Shown: piece by piece, positions 57,493 through 64,000 of the stretch | Layout of the letters: each line of letters starts with the position of its first letter | Numbering within the stretch: position 1 is the first letter of the stretch | Source: an uncultured Verrucomicrobiota bacterium | Lineage (GTDB): Bacteria; Verrucomicrobiota; Verrucomicrobiia; Limisphaerales; UBA1412 | Length of the DNA stretch: 64,000 nucleotides | Direction: 5' to 3' | Assembly (NCBI GenBank): GCA_944389455.1 | Contig: CALXMK010000001.1 | Location: 132,249-196,248, forward strand | Notes under the pieces: model-generated | Database searches by the model: none | The model's input: the letters and a program-made list of their open reading frames with translations, nothing else | Told to the model about the DNA's origin: nothing | Position numbers and translations under genes: made by a program

Positions 57493-57579
57493 ATGACAAA
57501 CTTAAGTAAAAATAAGTGGTTTTTTGTTTTAAATTTTTTTATATCAGTTGGATATTTTCCCCAACCTATGTTTTTTTAG
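57493..57579 (+). CDS. candidate 28-codon hydrophobic micro-ORF
   Basis: Consensus SD AAGGAG (57481-57486) lies 6 nt before the ATG at 57493. Product MTNLSKNKWFFVLNFFISVGYFPQPMFF. Starts 16 nt after the upstream stop. Confidence 0.25.
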   Translation: MTNLSKNKWFFVLNFFISVGYFPQPMFF

Positions 57580-57812
57580 GAGACTAGAGGTCTTTGCTAC
57601 ATTTTACCACATATATGAGTATTTCTATGACAGATACCAGAATATATAATGCTGTTGTTGGGTTCATAGGTTTCTGTTAATGAGAGAAAAAAGATAGAAT
57701 AGAATCTGCTTACACTCCGCTACGAGAGTCATGTTCTTTTTCTATTCTGGATTATATTCAACCGATTTATAAGATGAATTTGAAAGCACTTTTAGAGAAT
57801 TTTAAATAGATT

Positions 57813-58730
57813 ATGAATATTCGAAAAATTTTTTGTTTTGCAGTTTCTTTAATTGCTTGCAGTACCAGTTCTGTTGTGTTTGCAGAATCTGTAACAGTGG
57901 ATAATGCAAAACCTGAGCTTTTATCACGTGGGTTTTCTTTTACAGAAGGTCCCACATGTGATTCCGAGGGAAATGTGTATTTCACAGATCAGAATTTGGA
58001 TCGTATTTTAAAATGGAGTACAGATGGAATTTTAACCGTTTTCATGTCTCCGGCTGGTAGGGCAAATGGTATGTTTATGGATTCAGAGGATCATCTGATT
58101 GCGTGTGCAGATGAGAAAAACGAGTTGTGGAGAATCGGTTTAGATGGATCGAAGGAAATTCTTTTTAAGGCAACAGATTACAATGGCAATTTATTTAACG
58201 GACCTAATGATGTATGGGTTCACCCGAATGGGGATTATTATTTTACAGATCCTCTTTATAAGAGATCTTGGTGGGGAGATCGTAAAGGAAAACAAATGGA
58301 TGGGCAGCATGTTTACAGATTAAGTGTGAAAGATAAAAAACTAATACGATTGACAAATGATTTACGGCAGCCAAATGGGATAATAGGAACTCCGGAGGGG
58401 AAGGAGCTTTTTGTTTCTGATATAGGAGCAGGAGTTATTTATAAATATCGATTAACAGAAGAGGGATTTTTGGAGAATAAGAAGATTTTTTGTAAAGAAC
58501 CTAGTGATGGAATGACTTTAGATGAGGTTGGGAATTTGTATTTAACAAATCAAAGGGGGGTCGTTGTTTATAATAGAGAAGGAGAGAAAATTGAAATAAT
58601 TCCAATCTCAGAAAATTGGACCTCTAACGTCTGTTTTGGAGGGAAGAATCGAGATATTCTTTTTATTACAGCTTCACAAGCTTTATATTGCGTCAAAATG
58701 AAATACAAGGGTGCAAATCTTACAAAATAA
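57813..58730 (+). CDS. secreted SMP-30/gluconolactonase/LRE-like beta-propeller protein
   Basis: Signal peptide, then ..FTEGPTCDSEGNVYFTD.., ..GPNDVWVHPNG..YFTDP.., ..PNGI.., ..DGMTLD..GNLY blocks. Confidence 0.8.
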   Translation: MNIRKIFCFAVSLIACSTSSVVFAESVTVDNAKPELLSRGFSFTEGPTCDSEGNVYFTDQNLDRILKWSTDGILTVFMSPAGRANGMFMDSEDHLIACADEKNELWRIGLDGSKEILFKATDYNGNLFNGPNDVWVHPNGDYYFTDPLYKRSWWGDRKGKQMDGQHVYRLSVKDKKLIRLTNDLRQPNGIIGTPEGKELFVSDIGAGVIYKYRLTEEGFLENKKIFCKEPSDGMTLDEVGNLYLTNQRGVVVYNREGEKIEIIPISENWTSNVCFGGKNRDILFITASQALYCVKMKYKGANLTK

Positions 58731-58917
58731 AATAGTCAATGTGTGAGGACATTTGCCCACTAAAGAATTAAAAGTGATTTTATTCCATTTGAGTACTTCC
58801 TTTTACAGGACTTAACTTGGAGATAAAGTATTATTTTTAAAAATAAAAAGACGCGTCGTAAAGCAGTTAAATTACAGTAATTTAGATTTTAGATTAAATT
58901 TTAATTTTCCAAGATTA

Positions 58918-60966
58918 TTAATTTACTTGAAGAGCACTTTGCAGGAGTCTCATCAGATCAGCTTCTTCTTCACAAAGGCGATGGTTAGAGTTGACGACAG
59001 TTCCACAAGCGCAGTATAGCGAGAGGCGGTCTTTTTCTGTAAGTGAATCCAATTTATCCATTACTTCGCCAAGGCCTTTATTTGAAATTACATCTCTCGA
59101 AACAAGTTGTAAAGAATTGGAGAGATTCAATTCTTTAACACCAGCATCAAAAGCTTTTTGCACTTCATCTTCTTTATCAGTTTCTGCTCGAGCCAAAATA
59201 GAGAGTAGGATGGCACATTCGTTTGGAAAATCATTTAAATGGCGATTGCGAATTTTTTTGATAGTAGTGGACAGACGAGATGCTAATGTGTTTTTAATCG
59301 TCTTTACCAGGCAAAATTCAAGTAAGTTTATCTTTTTATCAGCACTGATGATTTGTTTTATTACAGAATTAAAAATTTTAAATTGCGTTTTATTCATTTC
59401 TTTCAGAGAAGCAATTGAAATAGATGCTAGGAGAAGTTTTTGAGTACGGTTTAACTCATATACAAAAACATAAAGACGCTGAGTTTCTTTAAGGACGGTT
59501 AGATCATAGGCAGTAAGAATATATCCAGTCTGTGTTTTGTGTATTTCTTGATCATATTTTTCTAATAAAATAGCAAAAATAAGTGAAATTGAGATACTGG
59601 GCTTGCTAATTGCTTCTAGAGTTTCTACAGGGATGGTAGAGAGAATTTCATCTGCCGTCTTGAAATCAAATATATAACACCAAGGAAGTAGTGTCTTAAT
59701 GTCTAGGCTGGATATTTTCATTCCTTGAGTAGATTCCTTTTCTAATTCCAAGATGTAACCTTTATCTTCATCAATAGCTTTTGGTACGGCGATAGAAAAA
59801 TGCCCGTCAAAGCTAGGATCTAGAGCTTTAATCCTCTGTGTTAAAGGTGGATGGGTAGAAAATATTTTTTGAAAAAATGAACGCCGTGGTTCAGCAAAGA
59901 AAATAGGTGTAAATTCTTGTGGTGTGTTAAAGAAACGTTCACGAGCTGCAAAGTTGCCGACTTTTTTAAGAGCAGAAGCTAAAGATAATGGATCACGCGA
60001 AAACTCGATAGCATGGATATCTGCCCGAGCTTCGCACAAACGGGAAACGGCAAATTGAATAATCAGTCCAATCAGAAAGCTAGCAGCCCCCAGAATAGTA
60101 GAGGCTATAGCAAATAAAAAGAATAGGAATCCTGCAGGATGATGAAGAAATATTCTAAAAATTAGGGGATAAGGATTATCATTTCCAGTATATTCTAAAC
60201 TGGCTCGGAGACCTCGGAATGGGGCAGTCCCAACAGAAATTGGGAACATAAAACCATAACTGAGGCAGATCAAGTGGGTGCGAATGCGAATATCTTTATT
60301 ATAAATATGTGCTATTTCATGGGCTACAACGCCTTGAAGTTCATCGCGAGTCAGATAGGTTAGAGCACCACGGCTTACGGCAACCACGGAATCATCTATA
60401 GAATATCCAGCAGCGAAAGCATTGATAACATAATTTTCAATAACATAAATATCAGGAGGAGGAATATTGGCGGCGATAGATAATTCTTCAACTACATTCC
60501 TAAGTTTTCGTTCTTGAAGATTGAGGGTTTGTGTGCGAAGACGCCTGCAACCCAGATCCTCTGCAACTGCAGAACCGCCTTGAGAGAGTTTATTATATTT
60601 TCTCCAAGAGGAGAAAAGTATGCTTGTGCCGACGACAACTGAAACGATGATAAATGGTTTCAGCTGCCATAGTTGTGAATCCTGCAGAAGAACGTCGGTT
60701 GCCAGATGTGCTTTGTCTGCAAAAATAAAGAAGAGAGGTGTATATAAGATTATTGCTACAATGTAGTTATTTAGAAAGAATATGCTTATTAAGAGATAGA
60801 AAGCAATAATTGTCGCAACAATCCCTAAGGCATAGAGAATATACATTCGGCGCAATTTGCGCTGAAAATCTTGTTGCCGCTCAAGAAATCGTAAAAAATA
60901 AAAGGGATCTTTTTTTAAAGTTTTATCAAATTTCTCTTGGTCAAAAGTATTTTGATCGATTGACAT
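58918..60966 (-). CDS. M48 (HtpX/Ste24-like) membrane metalloprotease with long C-terminal TerB-like helical region
   Basis: HEIAHI zinc motif with a downstream E (..CEARAD..), flanking TM helices, and ..STHPPLTQRI. The ~270-aa C-terminal extension has two TerB-like helical repeats. Confidence 0.75.
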   Translation of the reverse strand: MSIDQNTFDQEKFDKTLKKDPFYFLRFLERQQDFQRKLRRMYILYALGIVATIIAFYLLISIFFLNNYIVAIILYTPLFFIFADKAHLATDVLLQDSQLWQLKPFIIVSVVVGTSILFSSWRKYNKLSQGGSAVAEDLGCRRLRTQTLNLQERKLRNVVEELSIAANIPPPDIYVIENYVINAFAAGYSIDDSVVAVSRGALTYLTRDELQGVVAHEIAHIYNKDIRIRTHLICLSYGFMFPISVGTAPFRGLRASLEYTGNDNPYPLIFRIFLHHPAGFLFFLFAIASTILGAASFLIGLIIQFAVSRLCEARADIHAIEFSRDPLSLASALKKVGNFAARERFFNTPQEFTPIFFAEPRRSFFQKIFSTHPPLTQRIKALDPSFDGHFSIAVPKAIDEDKGYILELEKESTQGMKISSLDIKTLLPWCYIFDFKTADEILSTIPVETLEAISKPSISISLIFAILLEKYDQEIHKTQTGYILTAYDLTVLKETQRLYVFVYELNRTQKLLLASISIASLKEMNKTQFKIFNSVIKQIISADKKINLLEFCLVKTIKNTLASRLSTTIKKIRNRHLNDFPNECAILLSILARAETDKEDEVQKAFDAGVKELNLSNSLQLVSRDVISNKGLGEVMDKLDSLTEKDRLSLYCACGTVVNSNHRLCEEEADLMRLLQSALQVN

Positions 60967-60981
60967 GAAATAATATGCCTG

Positions 60982-62547
60982 CTATTGGTTATTCTTACAT
61001 TTTTCCAGATATTCCATTAACAACTTTTGTCGTAAGGTAGGCTCTGATGCTCGATTAATATCTTTGTAGTTTTCATTGTGTTCTACGCTCCATCCATGCC
61101 ATTCTCGGTAAGCGTGGTAGCTCCAATCCCACCCATATTCTTCGAAAAGCTCGATGGCATCGCGAAGATATCGATAAGCACTTTGATCTGGAGCCCAGCG
61201 GATAGCAGAAAATTCACCTATATAGATGGGAACGTTATATTTTTTTTGAAAATCGAAAACAGGTTGGAGCGCTTTGCGCATTTGCTCTTTGTTCCAGAGC
61301 ATACCATTAATTTCTCCGGGGTAGCGAATATTAGCTTCATCAGGCTTATTAAGAGCTTGATGAGTAAATTGGTGTGGATAATAAAAGTGAGGACTATAGA
61401 CTATATTATCCATTGCTAGAGGGTGAAATGCAACAAAAGCGTCTGGATTTCCCCAGTGATTGGGCTCGATAATCAAAGTGCGGTTAGGATCAATATCGCG
61501 GATGGCCCAAGCCGTACGCTCTACCAATTTTTGCCATGAATCTAATCCTTCTGCAACATTATCATCTGCAGGTTCATTCATTAGATCAAAGCCCCAAATG
61601 CCGGGAACGTCTTTGAATCGTTGAGCAATATTTTCCCAAATATTGACAAATTTATCTTGATAGCGCCGCTCTTTCCAAATGAGTCCGGCTGCTGTGACAT
61701 ATCCTCCAGATCCTCGTATCCCGCCCGGAGGAGAGTGTAGATCCAGTACAATGAGCATATTGCGTTTGACAATTTCAGGGAGGAATTTCTCAAGTTTATC
61801 CAAGGAGTTAGCAAGCCATTGATCATATTCTTCGTCTGTAGGATTCCCTAAGGTATAAATTAGTTGCCAACGGAGTAGATTTGCTCCCCAAGAATGAATC
61901 GTGTTTAAATCTTCTATGGTAAATGAGCTTGGTGATATCATTGCACCTCGCAAACGGTGGTGTTGAGGATGAGTATCTTCTATATTTTCATGGCGTAGGC
62001 TTAGCAAACTGTCTTCAGAAATAATACTTTGCACAAGCGTGATATCTGAGAACCATACTTCTCCAGAGACATTTTCCAAGCCAAGATGAAGAGTTATATT
62101 GGTTGTTCCTGGAGAAACAAGCGCATCAAAGTTTACCCTTTGCCATTCAGAGGTTCCGGCAGGAAGATTTTTTTGAAGCCAAGACCTTCCAGTAGATGAG
62201 GAATCAATGACTAACATGAACTTAACTCCATTCCATTCATTGGGTTTTTCTGAAACATTACGCCATTTAATCCAAGCACTGCAATGGACGCTACCAGGTA
62301 AGATCATTTCATTCGGTAATTTATATAGGATTGAACAGGATGAAGGTTCATGTTCATTTTTTAAATAAACAGCATTTCCTTTTTCAAGATTTTTTATCCA
62401 TGTGGCAGAGTTTGCACCTGCCCATGATTGCAAACTGCCAGGATTGTCAAATTTCTCATTCCAAACAATTTTTAAATCCGCTCCTTGAGATATGCATCCA
62501 GTTGCAATTAAAAAGAAAAACAATAAAAACCGAAAGATAATCATCAC
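60982..62547 (-). CDS. secreted glycoside hydrolase family 5 enzyme with N-terminal beta-sandwich (CBM-like) domain
   Basis: Signal peptide, acid/base block FDLMNEP and nucleophile block IYIGEFS. Lies 15 nt upstream of the M48 gene. Confidence 0.8.
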   Translation of the reverse strand: MMIIFRFLLFFFLIATGCISQGADLKIVWNEKFDNPGSLQSWAGANSATWIKNLEKGNAVYLKNEHEPSSCSILYKLPNEMILPGSVHCSAWIKWRNVSEKPNEWNGVKFMLVIDSSSTGRSWLQKNLPAGTSEWQRVNFDALVSPGTTNITLHLGLENVSGEVWFSDITLVQSIISEDSLLSLRHENIEDTHPQHHRLRGAMISPSSFTIEDLNTIHSWGANLLRWQLIYTLGNPTDEEYDQWLANSLDKLEKFLPEIVKRNMLIVLDLHSPPGGIRGSGGYVTAAGLIWKERRYQDKFVNIWENIAQRFKDVPGIWGFDLMNEPADDNVAEGLDSWQKLVERTAWAIRDIDPNRTLIIEPNHWGNPDAFVAFHPLAMDNIVYSPHFYYPHQFTHQALNKPDEANIRYPGEINGMLWNKEQMRKALQPVFDFQKKYNVPIYIGEFSAIRWAPDQSAYRYLRDAIELFEEYGWDWSYHAYREWHGWSVEHNENYKDINRASEPTLRQKLLMEYLEKCKNNQ

Positions 62548-62630
62548 GAAGCAAATCTACTTATAGGAGATTATTTTTGCAATAAAATAATCCAAGTTTA
62601 GTTTGAAAAAGTTTTGTTTGTGCTTTTAAA

Positions 62631-62659
62631 TTGTATTATGAGTAGAATTTGTATAAAAT
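62631..62659 (+). promoter_or_regulatory. sigma70-like promoter placed for a near-leaderless GH27 transcript
   Basis: TTGTAT (62631-62636), 17-nt spacer, TAAAAT (62654-62659). The ATG at 62667 begins 8 nt after the -10 element. Confidence 0.35.
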
Positions 62660-62666
62660 AAATGGG

Positions 62667-64000
62667 ATGCGTGCATTATGGCCACTGTTTTTATTCGCTT
62701 TTATAGCTGTAAATTGTATGTTTGCAGAAGAGCCTGCAAAGGAGATTCCACAGCAGCGATTATTTCTTTCTGACATGGATCTCTCGACTGCGGTGCAAGA
62801 ATGGGGAAAAACTCAAATAAATCGTTCTATTCGAGAAACAAAGCTTTCTATAGCGGGAAAGCAATTTGATAATGGCGTTGGAACTCATGCTTCTTTTTCT
62901 TATATTGTTCAATTAAAAAAGAGCGTTGTGAACTTTTCAGCATGGGTAGGAGTAGATGATGCAGCAGATAGTGGTGGTAAATCCAGTATTAGATTTTATG
63001 TGGAAGTAGATGGAGAGACTCTTTTTGCATCACCTATTATGAGAGAAGGGGATGAAGCTGTTCGGATAGATTTGAATCTCACGGGTAAAGATATTTTACG
63101 TTTGAGAGTAGATGATGCAGGAGATGGAATTAATTTTGACCATGCAAATTGGGCTGATGCAGTTTTTACATATGTTGGAGAAAAACCTCTTCCGGGGACT
63201 CCTTGGGTTGGGAAAAAGGTGATATTAACTCCAAAACCGGGACCTAAGCCAAGGATTAATGGTCCTAAAGTTTTTGGTGTTCGGCCTGGAAGTCCTTTCC
63301 TTTTTACGATTCCTGCTACAGGGAATCAACCAATCAGTTTTTTTGTAGAGAATTTGCCTAAAGGGCTTACACTTGATTCTAAAACAGGACGATTAACTGG
63401 AAAAATTCTTGAATCTGGAACATATGATTGTATGATTATCGCCTCAAATGCTTTAGGGGTAGTAAAGAGACCATTCAAGATTGAGTGTGGTGAAAAGCTA
63501 GCATTAACTCCGCACATGGGGTGGAATTCTTGGTATATTTGGGGAGAAGATGTAACAGACCGAATTATTCGAGAAGCAGCAGATGCGATGGTAGCCAGCG
63601 GAATGATAAATTATGGTTATCAATATATTAATATAGACGATTGCTGGGCGATTAAACCCGGATCCCAAGATCCAACTTTGCAGGGACAGGAACGTGATGA
63701 AAATGGTATGATTAATGCTAATAGCCGTTTCCCTGACATGAAGGCGTTGGCAGACTATATTCATTCCAAAGGATTGAAAGCTGGGATCTATACTTCGCCA
63801 GGCAGAAGAACTTGTGCTGGTTTTGTTGGCTCTTTTGGCTATGAAGAAGAAGATGTTCGTCGTTTTATAGAGTGGGGATTTGATTTTCTAAAGTATGATT
63901 GGTGTTCTTATACACATGAAATTACGAAAGAAATGAATTTAGAAGAATTGAAAAAACCCTATCGTTTGATTGCGGAGTATTTAAAAGAACAACCACGTGA
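62667..64000 (+). CDS. secreted NPCBM-domain / Ig-like-domain / GH27 alpha-galactosidase (3' end outside window)
   Basis: Hand-translated, with no stop before the window end. Signal peptide MRALWPLFLFAFIAVNCMFA. NPCBM block (..GKQFDNGVGTHA..IRFYVEVDG..DHANWADA). Ig-like block (..LPKGLTLDSKTGRLTG..). GH27 blocks TPHMGWNSW, YINIDDCW and FLKYDWC. Confidence 0.85.
   Translation, partial: MRALWPLFLFAFIAVNCMFAEEPAKEIPQQRLFLSDMDLSTAVQEWGKTQINRSIRETKLSIAGKQFDNGVGTHASFSYIVQLKKSVVNFSAWVGVDDAADSGGKSSIRFYVEVDGETLFASPIMREGDEAVRIDLNLTGKDILRLRVDDAGDGINFDHANWADAVFTYVGEKPLPGTPWVGKKVILTPKPGPKPRINGPKVFGVRPGSPFLFTIPATGNQPISFFVENLPKGLTLDSKTGRLTGKILESGTYDCMIIASNALGVVKRPFKIECGEKLALTPHMGWNSWYIWGEDVTDRIIREAADAMVASGMINYGYQYINIDDCWAIKPGSQDPTLQGQERDENGMINANSRFPDMKALADYIHSKGLKAGIYTSPGRRTCAGFVGSFGYEEEDVRRFIEWGFDFLKYDWCSYTHEITKEMNLEELKKPYRLIAEYLKEQPR

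Noticed and set aside
1-64000. CRISPR arrays, transposases, integrases, prophage or defence islands, rRNA
   Set aside because: No spaced direct-repeat array and no recombinase- or transposase-like ORF were seen. No long terminal inverted repeats flank the tRNAs, and no rRNA-like sequence was found. Every gap longer than 150 nt is accounted for by promoters, terminators or leaders.

Overview
AT-rich chromosomal segment from a Gram-negative (diderm) bacterium. The gene content and sigma70-like promoters suggest a PVC/Verrucomicrobia-like glycan forager, but that taxon call is weak. It is almost entirely densely packed housekeeping operons. These include skp-bamA, dnaB, mlaEFD, trmL/apgM-like/thrC, coaD-yceD-rpmF-plsX-fabH, gltA, ftsH, ruvC, rpsB-tsf, system II cytochrome c biogenesis (ccsBA), rseP-ispG and three tRNAs. 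Interspersed are glycan and host-interaction genes: Fkp fucose salvage, a CE15-like esterase, a DUF1343/NamZ-like gene, an HGSNAT-like membrane protein, GH5 and NPCBM-GH27. I saw no rRNA, CRISPR array, integrase, transposase or prophage. The supplied ORF track is not exhaustive. It lacks a complete 557-codon minus-strand ORF at 333..2006, which I translated by hand, and it lacks the partial genes at both window edges. I cannot point to a clear-cut novel system. The best candidates are: (1) a translationally coupled membrane-protein / radical-SAM pair followed by an HGSNAT-like membrane protein and a micro-ORF (53.7-57.6 kb); (2) a Sel1-repeat protein whose trypsin-like domain has all three catalytic residues replaced; (3) a secreted CE15-like esterase gene that has lost its nucleophile Ser and is cut from its second hydrolase domain by two in-frame TGAs; (4) an unannotated 50-codon ORF next to a CapK-type adenylate-forming enzyme upstream of ccsBA; (5) a TatT-type (TPR-protein-associated) TRAP transporter; (6) an ApgM-like gene next to thrC that is probably the non-canonical homoserine kinase. 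All family assignments rest on motif recognition by eye; no database search was run.
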